Source of the DNA: an uncultured Acidobacteriota bacterium
Lineage (GTDB): Bacteria; Acidobacteriota; Thermoanaerobaculia; UBA5066; Gp7-AA6
Direction: 5' to 3'
Assembly (NCBI GenBank): GCA_963764715.1
Contig: CAVXTP010000022.1
Span: 256,001 to 320,000, forward strand
DNA: 64,000 bases
Every line of letters starts with the position of its first letter. The stretch's first letter is position 1. Below the pieces are notes generated by a model. It had not been told where the DNA came from, did no database searches, and saw nothing but the letters and a program-made list of their open reading frames with translations. Shown here one piece after another: positions 31,506 through 41,209 of this stretch. Position numbers and translations under genes: made by a program.

Positions 31506-32513
31506 ATGCGGACCGCGCTTCTCACGGGAGGAACGGGCTTCGTGGGCAGCCACGTCGCGCGCGCGCTCGTCCGGGAAGGCTGGTCGGTCCGCCTTCTCGC
31601 GCGGGACCCGGGGCGGGTCGATCCCGCCCTCGTCTCGGGTCAGCCGATCGAAGTCCTCGCCGGCAGCCTCGACGATCGTCCGTCCCTCGCGCGGGCCGTC
31701 GCGGGAGTCGGCGCGATCGTCCACGTGGCCGGCCTGACCAAGGCGCGCACGCTCTCGGAATATCGGGACGTCAACGTCGGCGGAACCGAGCGCCTGATCG
31801 AAGCGGCGCGGCAGGCGTCGCCCGAAGCGCACTTCGTCCTGGTGTCGAGCCAGGCGGCGGCCGGCCCCTCGACGGGTGGTCGGCCGATCGGACACGCGGA
31901 CCCGGCACGGCCGATCTCGTGGTACGGGGTCTCCAAGCGGGAGGGCGAGAAGGCGGTGGAGCGTGCCTGGCCGGGGCCGTGGACCGTCCTGCGTCCGGGA
32001 GTGGTTTACGGGCCCGGCGACCGCGGTCTTTTCGTCTATTTCAAGATGGCCTCGACCGGGTGGATCCCGGTCCCCGCCGGCAGGACGCGGATCCAGCTGA
32101 TCGGCGCCGAGCGCGCCGCCGTCGCGATCGCGCGGGCCGCCGCGGCGCCCCAGCTCGCCCGCCAGGTCCGGTTCCTGAGCGACCCCGGCGCCGTTTCGGT
32201 CGGCGCGCTGGCCTCCGCGATCGCGGGGGCCTCGGGCCGCCGGGGACGGATGATTCACGTTCCCGACGTCGTCGTGCGGGCCCTCGGGCGGGCGGAAACC
32301 CTCGTGGAGACCGTCACCCGGCGGTCCCGCCCGTTCAACGCCGACAAGGCCCGGGAGCTCCTGGCGGGCGACTGGATCTGCGACGCCGGCCCGGTCGAGC
32401 GGGAGCTCTCCCTGCCGCCCCCCGTGCCCCTGCCGGAGGGCCTCGCCGCCGCCTGGGCCTGGTACCGGGGGGCCGGCTGGCTCCCGGAAGGCCCCCGGGG
32501 CGCGGCTTTGTAA
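31506..32513 (+). CDS. NAD-dependent epimerase/dehydratase (extended SDR); candidate ceramide reductase (CerR-like)
   Basis: TGGTGFVG, HVAG, VSSQAAAGP, YGVSK (YxxxK), LRPGVVYGPGD; immediately upstream of spt. Confidence 0.8.
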   Translation: MRTALLTGGTGFVGSHVARALVREGWSVRLLARDPGRVDPALVSGQPIEVLAGSLDDRPSLARAVAGVGAIVHVAGLTKARTLSEYRDVNVGGTERLIEAARQASPEAHFVLVSSQAAAGPSTGGRPIGHADPARPISWYGVSKREGEKAVERAWPGPWTVLRPGVVYGPGDRGLFVYFKMASTGWIPVPAGRTRIQLIGAERAAVAIARAAAAPQLARQVRFLSDPGAVSVGALASAIAGASGRRGRMIHVPDVVVRALGRAETLVETVTRRSRPFNADKARELLAGDWICDAGPVERELSLPPPVPLPEGLAAAWAWYRGAGWLPEGPRGAAL

Positions 32514-32570
32514 AATTTGCTAAGATCCGGGGCGCTGATTCGTCAGACGCTCACAAGGCAGGGGGAAGCA

Positions 32571-33812
32571 ATGAGCAAGGTCGCCCGGGCGATCCGACCG
32601 GAGACGGTGGGGACAGCTCCGGTTTTCGAGAAGTGCTACCGGTACGAAGATGCGACGCGGGTCCGTCAGACCGGCTATTACTCCTTCTTCCGCGTGATCG
32701 AGTCCGCCCAGGACCCGGAGGTCGTCCTGGACGGGCGGCGCCTCGTCATGATGGGCTCGAACAACTACCTCGGGCTCACCAACGATCCCCGCGTCAAGGA
32801 AGCCGCGATCGACGCGATCCGGAAGTACGGATCCGGATGCGCGGGAAGCCGTTTCCTGAACGGAACCCTGGATCTGCACGTCCGTCTCGAGGAGCGCCTC
32901 GCCCAGTTCATGCGGCAGGAATCGGCCGTGACGTTCTCGACCGGCTTCCAGGTCAACCTCGGCGCGATCGCGTGCCTCGTCGGCAAAGGAGACACGGTCT
33001 ACCTCGACAAGCAGGACCATGCCTGCATCATCGACGGCGCCCGGCTGTCCTTCGGCGACGTCAAGAAGTTCAAGCACAGCGACCCGGCCGACCTTCGCCG
33101 CCAGATGCGCAACGACGGGGAAGCCAAGGGGCGCCTCGTCGTGGTCGACGGGGTCTTCTCGATGGAGGGCGACATCGCGCCGCTGCCCGAGATCGTGGCC
33201 GTGGCGCGGGAGTTCGCGGCGGGCGTGATGGTCGACGACGCCCACGGCATCGGGGTCCTCGGGCCCACCGGCCGGGGCACGGCCGAACATTTCGGCCTCG
33301 AGCACGAGGTCGACCTCATCATGGGGACCTTCTCGAAGTCGATGGCCTCGGTCGGCGGCTTCATCGCGGGCAACGCGACCGTCATCGACTACGTCAAGCA
33401 CCGCGCCCGGACGCTGATCTTCTCGGCGGCCCCGCCGCCGGCCTCGGCCGCGGCCGCGCTCGCGACGGTCGAGATCATGGAACGGGAGCCCGAGCGGCGC
33501 GAGCGGCTCTGGGAGAACACCCGCTTCTTCGCCGAGGGCCTCCGCTCGCTCGGCTTCGACACCGGCGAGTCCCGGACCCCCGTCGTTCCCATCGTGGTCG
33601 GCGAGGACCTGACGGCGCTCCGGATGGTCCACCGGCTGCAGGAAGAGGGCGTGTTCGTCAACTGCGTCCTCTCGCCCGCGACGCCGCCGGGCCGGGCCCT
33701 GATCCGCACCTCGCTGATGGCGACGCATTCGCGCGCCCAGCTCGTCCGGGCGCTCGAGGCCTTCGAAAAAGTCGGACGCGAGGTCGGCCTCGTTCGGGTC
33801 GCCAGCGTCTGA
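32571..33812 (+). CDS. spt: serine palmitoyltransferase (alpha-oxoamine synthase family)
   Basis: GSNNYLGL, GSGCAGSRFLNGT, FSTGFQVNLG, HACIIDG, DGVFSMEGD, DDAHG, MGTFSKS (PLP Lys); neighbours CerR- and bCerS-like genes. Confidence 0.8.
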   Translation: MSKVARAIRPETVGTAPVFEKCYRYEDATRVRQTGYYSFFRVIESAQDPEVVLDGRRLVMMGSNNYLGLTNDPRVKEAAIDAIRKYGSGCAGSRFLNGTLDLHVRLEERLAQFMRQESAVTFSTGFQVNLGAIACLVGKGDTVYLDKQDHACIIDGARLSFGDVKKFKHSDPADLRRQMRNDGEAKGRLVVVDGVFSMEGDIAPLPEIVAVAREFAAGVMVDDAHGIGVLGPTGRGTAEHFGLEHEVDLIMGTFSKSMASVGGFIAGNATVIDYVKHRARTLIFSAAPPPASAAAALATVEIMEREPERRERLWENTRFFAEGLRSLGFDTGESRTPVVPIVVGEDLTALRMVHRLQEEGVFVNCVLSPATPPGRALIRTSLMATHSRAQLVRALEAFEKVGREVGLVRVASV

Positions 33813-33828
33813 CGGCGCCGCGTCTCCC

Positions 33829-34980
33829 TTGAGCCCGACTTCCTCCACCGACGTCGTCATCCAGCGGATCGGCCGAACGCGGGCCGACTTGGAGCGGTTC
33901 TTCGACGTCGCCGACCGCATCTACGCGGCGGATCCCAATTTCGTGGCGCCGCTGCGCTCGGACGTCGCCAAGGTCTTCCAGGACGAGAACCCGTTCTTCC
34001 GGCACGGCGAGATCCAGCTCTTCGTCGCCCGGCGGGGCGAGAAGGACGTGGGCCGCGTCGCGGCGATCCTCGACCGCAATCACAACTCCTTCCACGGGGA
34101 GAAGGCGGCCTTCTTCGGGTTCTTCGAGACGATCGACGACCCGGAGGTCGCGGGACGGCTCCTCGACGCGGCCGCGCTCTGGGGGCGCGAGCGCAAGATG
34201 ACCGTCTTGCGCGGCCCGACGAACCCCACCTTGAACGACGAGGCGGGACTCCTCGTCGACGGCTTCGATTCGCCTCCCGTGCTGATGATGACCTACAACC
34301 CCCGGTCCTACGCGGCCCTCATCGAGGGCCAGGGGTTCCACAAGGCCAAGGACCTGCTGGCTTACTGGTTCCCCCTCGAGGAGAAGCCGCTCGAGCGGCT
34401 TTCCCGGGTCGCCGACCGGTTCCGGAAGCGGGCGCCGGACATCGTCGTCCGCAACGTGACGAAGTCCGGCCTGGCGCGGGACCTCGCGAAGATCCGGGAG
34501 GTCTACAACGAGGCCTGGGAGAAGAACTGGGGCTTCGTCCCGATGACCCCCGAGGAGATGGACTTCATGGCCGCGCGGTTGAAGCCCCTCCTCGTCGCCG
34601 AGCTGCTCTGGATCGCGGAGGCAAAGAAGCCGGACGGCGGGCTCGAGCCGATCGCCTTCATGCTGATGCTGCCGGATTACAACGTCGCGATCGCCCCGAC
34701 CCGGGGGAGGCTGCTGCCCTTCGGCTGGCTGAAGTTCCTGCTCGCGCAGCGCAAGATCAAGACCGTGCGCGTCCTGATCCTCGGCGTCAAGCGGCCCTGG
34801 CGGATGTCGGGCGTCCAGTCGATCATGATGGCCGACTCGCTGCGCTTCCTGCTCGGGAAGGGCTACACCGGGGCGGAAGTCTCGTGGCTCCTCGAGGACA
34901 ACGAGCTCGTGATCGGGGCCGTCCGCCTCTGGGGCGGCAGGCTCTACAAGACCTACCGGATCTACGAGAAGCCGCTGTAG
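33829..34980 (+). CDS. tandem-GNAT N-acyltransferase; candidate bacterial ceramide synthase (bCerS-like)
   Basis: GRVAA...FGFFE, RGP.NP..NDE.GLLVDGF, MTYNP.SY, YNEAWEKNWGFVP, SWLLEDN, KTYRIY. Confidence 0.8.
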   Translation: MSPTSSTDVVIQRIGRTRADLERFFDVADRIYAADPNFVAPLRSDVAKVFQDENPFFRHGEIQLFVARRGEKDVGRVAAILDRNHNSFHGEKAAFFGFFETIDDPEVAGRLLDAAALWGRERKMTVLRGPTNPTLNDEAGLLVDGFDSPPVLMMTYNPRSYAALIEGQGFHKAKDLLAYWFPLEEKPLERLSRVADRFRKRAPDIVVRNVTKSGLARDLAKIREVYNEAWEKNWGFVPMTPEEMDFMAARLKPLLVAELLWIAEAKKPDGGLEPIAFMLMLPDYNVAIAPTRGRLLPFGWLKFLLAQRKIKTVRVLILGVKRPWRMSGVQSIMMADSLRFLLGKGYTGAEVSWLLEDNELVIGAVRLWGGRLYKTYRIYEKPL

Positions 34981-35039
34981 GGGCGGGGCTCGTCCCCGCC
35001 CTCAGGCGCCGAAGGACAGGCACAAGGCCCGCCCCCTAC
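34977..35039. repeat. inverted pair of GTAG-family REP palindromes (REPIN-like)
   Basis: GTAG GGGCGGGG CTCGT CCCCGCCC (+, 34977-35001) and GTAG GGGGCGGGC CTTGT GCCTGTCC (-, 35014-35039); each GTAG contains the stop codon of a convergent gene. Confidence 0.75.
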
Positions 35040-35929
35040 GCTGTGCTTGGCGCGGAGGCTGAGGCTCGGGCCCGACCGGCCATGATCCGGTCGTAGATCC
35101 AGTCCCCGATGGGCACGCTGACGAACGCCAGCGTCGTCCCCGCGATCAGGTCGATGACGTAGTGGAACCGGCAGAAGACCGTCGAGATGATCAGGCCGGT
35201 CGCGATCGGGAGAAGGATCCAGAACACGTCCCGCGCCCGCTTCCACGCGACGAGCAGCACGGCCACCGAGATCATCGTGTGTCCCGAGGGGAAGACGTCG
35301 AGCTTGGTCTTCTCGAGGTGGTTGATGCTGTCGTTGATGACCCGCGCGACCGGGGACTCGGTCAGCGACTTCGTGTAGAGCGAGGCCTGGGCGAAGCGCG
35401 GCCCGAGCGCCGGGATCGTGAAGTAGCCGGCGTAGGAGACGTAGTAGACGACCATGAGCGTGAACACGTAGCGGCGGGCGGTCGCGCGGTCGCGGGCCCA
35501 GAGGACGAGACCGAGCGACAGGGCGATGAAGTAATAGGTCGCGTAGAATACGTAGAGGACGTCGTTGACCCCGGGCCGCGCGAACCGCTCCAGCCAGACC
35601 GTCACGTCGACGCCGAAGATCGCCCGGTCCGCGGCGATCAGGAGGTCGTCGCGGGCGCCGCCGCGGGTCGCCATGATGAGGGGCGAGAGGGTGTTGAACA
35701 GGATCGGAAGGAAGATGGCGGGGTAGAAGTCGAGGAAAATAGTCACCGGGGCCGGCAGGTCGTCCTCGCGCTTGGCGAGGGGGACGATCACGCCGATGGC
35801 CGCGGCGAGTGCGCCGTAGGCGAGCAGGTTGCCGTTGGGGTTGCCGAGGCGGTCGTAGAAGATGACCGTCAGGACCGCGAGGATGGCGATCGCACCCAGG
35901 TGGATGGCCTCGGTTGGTCGGATGCGCAC
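35036..35929 (-). CDS. PAP2-superfamily integral membrane phosphotransferase, Aur1/inositol-phosphorylceramide-synthase-like
   Basis: 'LIAADRAIFG', 'YATYY', 'GYFTIPALGPR', 'DVFPSGH', 'STVFCRFHYVIDLIAG' (H...H..D triad) typical of the Aur1/IPC-synthase branch. Confidence 0.75.
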   Translation of the reverse strand: MRIRPTEAIHLGAIAILAVLTVIFYDRLGNPNGNLLAYGALAAAIGVIVPLAKREDDLPAPVTIFLDFYPAIFLPILFNTLSPLIMATRGGARDDLLIAADRAIFGVDVTVWLERFARPGVNDVLYVFYATYYFIALSLGLVLWARDRATARRYVFTLMVVYYVSYAGYFTIPALGPRFAQASLYTKSLTESPVARVINDSINHLEKTKLDVFPSGHTMISVAVLLVAWKRARDVFWILLPIATGLIISTVFCRFHYVIDLIAGTTLAFVSVPIGDWIYDRIMAGRARASASAPSTA

Positions 35930-35977
35930 GCGCCTTTATAACCGACCCGGGGCGGGTGCGATAGACTCGAGGCTCCC

Positions 35978-37282
35978 ATGAAAGCGCGCGCGTGGCTCGC
36001 CGCCGCGGCGTTCGCGGCCGCCGCCGCCTCGCCCTCGGCGCCGACCGGCCCCCTGGTGGTGACCGGCCGGATCGACACCATCGTCCATCCCGCCGCCGCC
36101 GACTATCTCCGGAGGCTCCTCGAGGACGCGCAGTCGGACGGCGCGGCGCTCGTCGTGCTGATGCTCTCGACGCCGGGCGGCCTTCTCGCGTCGACGCGCG
36201 ACATGAGCTCGGCGATCCTCGCCTCGAAGGTCCCCGTCGCGACGTTCGTGGCGCCTTCGGGCGCCCAGGCGGCCTCCGCCGGCTTCTTTCTCCTCCTCTC
36301 GGGCGACGTCGCGGCGATGGCGCCGGGAACTAACACCGGCGCGGCGCACCCCGTCGGCGGCGAAGGGCAGGAGCTGCCCAAGACAATGAACGAGAAGGCC
36401 GAGCAGGACGCCCGCGCGTTCGTCCGGACGCTCGCGCGGGAACGGGGCCGCAACGTCGCGAAGGCGGAGGCGGCCGTCGAGAAGAGCGTCTCCTACACGG
36501 ACACGGAAGCGCGGGAGGCGGGCCTCATCGAGGTCATCGCGCGGGACGTCCCCGACCTCGTGGCGCAGCTCGACGGCCGGACCCTCCGGCGGGTCGGCGG
36601 AACGGAGACGAAGCTCGCGCTCGCGGGGGCCCGGATCGAGAGCCGCGACATGGGGCGCCTGGAGAAGCTTCTCGGCGTCGTGTCCCACCCCAACGTCGCC
36701 TACGTCCTCTTCCTCCTGGGCCTCGTGGGCCTCTACTTCGAGCTCTCGACGCCGGGCGCCATCCTGCCGGGGGTCGTCGGCGGGATCTCGCTCCTGCTGG
36801 CGCTCTACGCGTTCTCGGTCCTGCCGGTCAACATCGCGGGCCTCGCCCTGATCCTCTTCGCGATCCTGCTCTTCGTGGCCGAGATCAAGGTCGTCAGCCA
36901 CGGCCTGCTCTCGCTCGGCGGAGCGATCGCCCTGATCGCCGGCTCGCTCCTGCTCTTCACCGGCAAGGGGGACGCCGCCGGCTACCGCGTCGATCTCGGG
37001 ATCATCGTTCCCGGCCTCGTCCTGACGCTCGCGATCGTCGGGCTCCTGACCTGGAAGACCCTCCAGCTGCGGCGGACCGTTCCGCGCACGGGACTGGAGG
37101 CCATGGTCGGCACCGACGGGCGGGTCGTCGACGGCTTCGGCCCGGGCGCCGCGCGGGGGCGCATCCAGGTCGTTGGCGAGTACTGGGAGGCGGCCGGACC
37201 GGAGGGGCTCGTCCCCGGCGACGCGGTCCGCGTCGTGCAGGTCGACGGGAACACGCTGCGCGTGGAACGGAGGAACCCATGA
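35978..37282 (+). CDS. nfeD: NfeD (long form with ClpP-like serine protease domain)
   Basis: [26 protein letters not shown] region, C-terminal OB fold 'GEYWEA'. Confidence 0.92.
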   Translation: MKARAWLAAAAFAAAAASPSAPTGPLVVTGRIDTIVHPAAADYLRRLLEDAQSDGAALVVLMLSTPGGLLASTRDMSSAILASKVPVATFVAPSGAQAASAGFFLLLSGDVAAMAPGTNTGAAHPVGGEGQELPKTMNEKAEQDARAFVRTLARERGRNVAKAEAAVEKSVSYTDTEAREAGLIEVIARDVPDLVAQLDGRTLRRVGGTETKLALAGARIESRDMGRLEKLLGVVSHPNVAYVLFLLGLVGLYFELSTPGAILPGVVGGISLLLALYAFSVLPVNIAGLALILFAILLFVAEIKVVSHGLLSLGGAIALIAGSLLLFTGKGDAAGYRVDLGIIVPGLVLTLAIVGLLTWKTLQLRRTVPRTGLEAMVGTDGRVVDGFGPGAARGRIQVVGEYWEAAGPEGLVPGDAVRVVQVDGNTLRVERRNP

Positions 37283-38037
37283 GTCTTTTCTCGCTGCCCG
37301 GGCTCGCGGTCGCCGGCTTCGTCGGCCTGCTCTTTCTCTTCAAGTGGATCAACGTCCTGAACGAGTACGAGCGCGCCGTCACGTTCTGGCTGGGTCGCCT
37401 CGGAAAGGTCCCGAAGGGGCCGGGTCTCGTCCTGATCTTCTGGCCGTTCGAGCGGATGGTGCGGATCTCGCTGCGCACCGTCGTCCACGACGTGCCGCCC
37501 CAGGACATCATCACCAAGGACAACGTCTCGGTGAAGGTCAACGCCGTCGTCTATTTCCGCGTCGTCGCCCCCGAGAAGGCGGTCGTCCAGGTGGAGAACT
37601 ACCTCTACGCGACCTCGCAGCTGGCCCAGACGACGCTGCGCAGCGTGCTCGGTCAGGCGCTCCTCGACGAGCTCCTGTCGGAGCGCGAAAAGCTCAACCT
37701 CGACCTCCAGAAGGTCATCGACGAGCACACGCAGCCGTGGGGCATCAAGGTCTCCCTGGTCGAGGTCAAGCAGGTCGACCTGCCGCCGGAGATGCAGCGC
37801 GCGATGGCCAAGCAGGCCGAGGCCGAGCGCGAGAAGCGGGCGAAGATCATCCACGCCCAGGGAGAGCTCGAGGCCGCGACCGCGTTGTCCAAGGCGGCCG
37901 AGATCATCGACCGCCAGCCGGCGACGCTGCAGCTGCGATATCTCCAGACCCTGACCGAGATCGCCAACGAGAAGAATTCGACGATCGTTTTTCCGCTGCC
38001 GATCGACCTGATCTCGATGTTCCTGAAACGGGGCTAG
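37279..38037 (+). CDS. SPFH/stomatin (slipin) family protein
   Basis: [57 protein letters not shown]. Confidence 0.95.
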   Translation: MSLFSLPGLAVAGFVGLLFLFKWINVLNEYERAVTFWLGRLGKVPKGPGLVLIFWPFERMVRISLRTVVHDVPPQDIITKDNVSVKVNAVVYFRVVAPEKAVVQVENYLYATSQLAQTTLRSVLGQALLDELLSEREKLNLDLQKVIDEHTQPWGIKVSLVEVKQVDLPPEMQRAMAKQAEAEREKRAKIIHAQGELEAATALSKAAEIIDRQPATLQLRYLQTLTEIANEKNSTIVFPLPIDLISMFLKRG

Positions 38038-38080
38038 GAGTCTCTTTCCCAAGCCGGCGGCGGCACGCTAAACTGCCTCC

Positions 38081-38770
38081 GTGCCCGAGCCCCGCACGCA
38101 CTATCTGATCTCGCTGACGGCCCGGCAGGCCGTCGGCGCGTTTCTCGGCCTCGTGCTGTCGCTTGCCGTGGCCTTCTTTTTCGGGCTGATGGCGGGCTCC
38201 TCCGGCCGGGGGCGGGACGCTTCCGCGCCCGTCGAGGTCGCCGCCGCGGCGCCGGTCGCGGCCGGAGACGCGGCCGAGGCCATGCCGCCCGTCGAGACCG
38301 CCGTGCCGACGGCCGTCGTTCCGGCCGGGCCGCTCGGCTCGCGGACGGAGCTCGCGGGGGGCATCGTCGCCGCCACTCCACCCGCCGCGGAGCCGACGGT
38401 ACCGGCGACGCTCCACCCGTTCGAGGACGGGACGGCCGAGGAGTCTTCGCCGGTCGCCTCGGCCTCCGGCGGTCGCGGGCCCTCGGCACCGAAACCCGCG
38501 GAGCCAACGTCCGCGAAGGCCTCCGGAAAATTCTGGGTCCAGGTCGCCTCGCTTTCGTCCCACGACGAGGCCGGGGCGCTCTCGAGCCGGCTCGCCAGGC
38601 GAGGATTCAAGTCCCAGATCCTGACGGCCGCCGGCCCGAAGGGAAAAGGCAAGGTCTACCGGGTCCGCGTCGGGCCCTACCGCACCGAGGACGACGCGAA
38701 CCGCGCGGCCGGCAAGCTCACGAAGCAGGAGAACGTCAAGTCTCCCTGGGTCGTGCCGGACGGACAATGA
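38081..38770 (+). CDS. SPOR-domain cell division protein (FtsN/DedD-like)
   Basis: N-terminal TM, Pro/Ala linker, 'FWVQVAS...YRVRVGPY' SPOR domain; TAAACT 6 nt upstream of GTG. Confidence 0.85.
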   Translation: MPEPRTHYLISLTARQAVGAFLGLVLSLAVAFFFGLMAGSSGRGRDASAPVEVAAAAPVAAGDAAEAMPPVETAVPTAVVPAGPLGSRTELAGGIVAATPPAAEPTVPATLHPFEDGTAEESSPVASASGGRGPSAPKPAEPTSAKASGKFWVQVASLSSHDEAGALSSRLARRGFKSQILTAAGPKGKGKVYRVRVGPYRTEDDANRAAGKLTKQENVKSPWVVPDGQ

Positions 38771-39675
38771 AGACCGGGACCGCGCCGTTGCCCGTCCGCG
38801 CCCCCGAGTGGATCCGGGCGCGCAAGCTCAGGCTCTCCGACCTCCACGCGGTCCGCTCCGTCATGCGGGACAACGCGCTCCATACGGTGTGCGAGGAGGC
38901 GCGCTGCCCGAACCGGGGCGAGTGCTTCGCCCAGGGCACCGCGACGTTCCTCCTGCTCGGCGACGTCTGCACCCGGGCCTGCGGTTTCTGCCACATCGCC
39001 AACGGGAGACCCCGGCCGGTCGATCCCCTCGAGCCCGCCCGCGTTCGGGCGGCGGCGGAGCGGATGAAGCTCCGCTTCGTGGTCCTGACGTCGGTCGATC
39101 GCGACGACCTTCCCGACGGCGGGGCCTCGCACTTCGCCGCGGCGATCCGGGCGGTGCGCGCGATCGACCCCGCGCCCGGAGTCGAGGTCCTGACGCCCGA
39201 CTTCCTCGGGCGCCGGGACTCGCTCGCCGCCGTCCTCGCGGAGAAGCCCGACGTCTTCAACCACAACGTCGAGACGGTGCCCCGGCTGTACCGCGACGTC
39301 CGCCGGGGCGCCAGGCTCGAGCGCTCGCTCGGCCTGCTCGCCGCGGCCCGTGAGATGGAGCCGGGTCTGACGACCAAGTCCGGCTTCATGCTGGGGCTCG
39401 GCGAGCGCGAGGACGAGGTCGAGGATCTCCTCGCCCGGATGCGCGACGCCGGTGTCGACATCGTGACGATCGGTCAGTACCTGCAGCCCTCGCGCGAGAA
39501 CCTGCCGGTCGTGGAGTACGTTCGGCCCGAAGTTTTCGATCGCTACCGCGAGAGGGGCGAGGCCCTCGGCTTCCGGCACGTCTTCGCGGGTCCGTTCGTG
39601 CGCTCGTCCTACCACGCCGAGGAGGCGCTCCACGCCGCCGGAACGGCCTCCGGCGACGCGGCCCGCCCCGTCTAG
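38767..39675 (+). CDS. lipA: lipoyl synthase
   Basis: CEEARCPNRGEC, CTRACGFC radical-SAM motif, HNVETV, GQYLQP, RSSY. Confidence 0.97.
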   Translation: MKTGTAPLPVRAPEWIRARKLRLSDLHAVRSVMRDNALHTVCEEARCPNRGECFAQGTATFLLLGDVCTRACGFCHIANGRPRPVDPLEPARVRAAAERMKLRFVVLTSVDRDDLPDGGASHFAAAIRAVRAIDPAPGVEVLTPDFLGRRDSLAAVLAEKPDVFNHNVETVPRLYRDVRRGARLERSLGLLAAAREMEPGLTTKSGFMLGLGEREDEVEDLLARMRDAGVDIVTIGQYLQPSRENLPVVEYVRPEVFDRYRERGEALGFRHVFAGPFVRSSYHAEEALHAAGTASGDAARPV

Positions 39676-39679
39676 CCGC

Positions 39680-41209
39680 GTGGCGGTCGGGACCGGTCGC
39701 TGGCGCACCCTCGGGGCGGGCGCCGTTTCGGGGATCCTCTTCGCCCTGGCCTTTCCGCCGTTCGGCTGGGTCGTCCTCCTCCCGCTCGCCTTGATCCCCT
39801 GGATCGTCGCGCTCTCCGTCGAAGAGAGCCGCACGCGGGCGCTCTTCTCCGGCGTCGTCTTCGCCTTCGCCTACTGGTGCCTCTCGATCCGGTGGATCGC
39901 CTACGTCGTGACCGTGTACGGGGGACAGAGCGGGGTCATGGGGATCGTGAGCCTCGGGCTGACCGCGGCGATCCTGTCGCCGCCCTTCGCGCTGGTGGGC
40001 TGGGGCATGGTCGCCGTCGCCCGTCCGGGGCGGGGCGCGCGTCTCGCGGTCTTCCCGCTGCTGTGGGTCGCGGGAGAGCACCTGCGCACGATCTTCGCCG
40101 CTGGATTTCCGTGGAACCTGACGGCGCACGCGCTCTACCGGCACCCCGTCTGGCTCCAGTCGGCGTCCGTCTGGGGGGTCTACGGCGTCGGGGCCGCCGT
40201 CGCGGCCGTCTCGGCGCTGCTCGCCCGGGCCGCCCGGACGCGCCGGCTTCGGCCCGCCGTCATCGCGGCCGGCCTCGTCCTGGCGTTCGGCGTCTTCGGA
40301 GCGATGCGGCTCGGCCGCCCCGGGGAGGCGGGGCCGGAGCTCCCGGTGGCGCTGCTCCAGCCCAACCTGACGGAGGAGGACCGGTCGACGTCCCGCTCCC
40401 GGGTCGACGGCTACCTCGCCGTCCTCGCCCAGCTCGACGAGGCCGCGCGCCGCGGCGCGGAGCTTCTCGTCGTCCCCGAGTCCACGCTGCCGATCACCTG
40501 GCAGGGAAGCGAACGCCTGCGAAGCGATCTCGGCGCGATCGCCGCGCGCGGCCCGATGATCCTCTTCAACGACTTCGAGGAGGAGAGCGAGGAGCGCTAC
40601 TTCAACGTCGCGCGGCTCCTGGACCGGAACGGCCTCGCCGGGCCGCCGTACCGCAAGGTGCACCTGGTGCCCTTCGGCGAGTACGTGCCGCTGCCGCGGC
40701 TCTTCTTCTTCGTCCGGAGGATCTCGCGGGCCATCGGCGAGTTCACCCCGGCGCCGGGCCCGGTGCTCCTGAGGAGCGGGCCGGTCGCGATCGGCGTCGG
40801 CGTCTGCTACGAGATCATCTATCCGTCGCTCGCGCGCCGCGAGGTCGCCGACGGCGCCAACCTGCTGGCGACGGTCTCGAACGATTCCTGGTACGGGCGG
40901 GGCGGCGCGCAGCAGCAGCACTTCGCCGGCGCCCTCCTGCGCTCGGTCGAGACGGAGCGCTACCTCGTGCGGGCCGCGATCACGGGGATCTCGGGGATCG
41001 TCGATTCCCGGGGCCGGATCCTCGCCGAATCCCGGCCGGACGAGAAGGCCATCGTGTTCGGACGGGTGCGGCTCGAAACGGCGATGACGCCGTGGACGCG
41101 CTGGGGCCATCGGCTTCCGGCCGTCGCCGACGCCGCCGCGCTCGCCGTGCTAATCTTCGGCCTCGCGCGCGCCGGACGCGGCCGCCCGCGACCCATGACC
41201 TCCGCATGA
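39680..41209 (+). CDS. lnt: apolipoprotein N-acyltransferase
   Basis: GFPW, LQPN, VPES, YRKVHLVPFGEY, CYE, SNDSW, RAAITGIS. Confidence 0.95.
   Translation: MAVGTGRWRTLGAGAVSGILFALAFPPFGWVVLLPLALIPWIVALSVEESRTRALFSGVVFAFAYWCLSIRWIAYVVTVYGGQSGVMGIVSLGLTAAILSPPFALVGWGMVAVARPGRGARLAVFPLLWVAGEHLRTIFAAGFPWNLTAHALYRHPVWLQSASVWGVYGVGAAVAAVSALLARAARTRRLRPAVIAAGLVLAFGVFGAMRLGRPGEAGPELPVALLQPNLTEEDRSTSRSRVDGYLAVLAQLDEAARRGAELLVVPESTLPITWQGSERLRSDLGAIAARGPMILFNDFEEESEERYFNVARLLDRNGLAGPPYRKVHLVPFGEYVPLPRLFFFVRRISRAIGEFTPAPGPVLLRSGPVAIGVGVCYEIIYPSLARREVADGANLLATVSNDSWYGRGGAQQQHFAGALLRSVETERYLVRAAITGISGIVDSRGRILAESRPDEKAIVFGRVRLETAMTPWTRWGHRLPAVADAAALAVLIFGLARAGRGRPRPMTSA

Noticed and set aside
29391-32513. 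Very long antisense or alternative-frame ORFs (e.g. 29391-32513+, 57440-59788+, 7780-9597-, 31463-33832+)
   Set aside because: These are shadow ORFs expected at very high GC with strong GC3 bias; they are Arg/Gly/Pro-rich with no motifs. Only the 31506-32513 part of the first is a real gene.
32571-33812. Annotation as BioF or Kbl
   Set aside because: No bio or tdh neighbours; the motifs and flanking GNAT/SDR genes favour Spt. Not formally excluded without a phylogeny.
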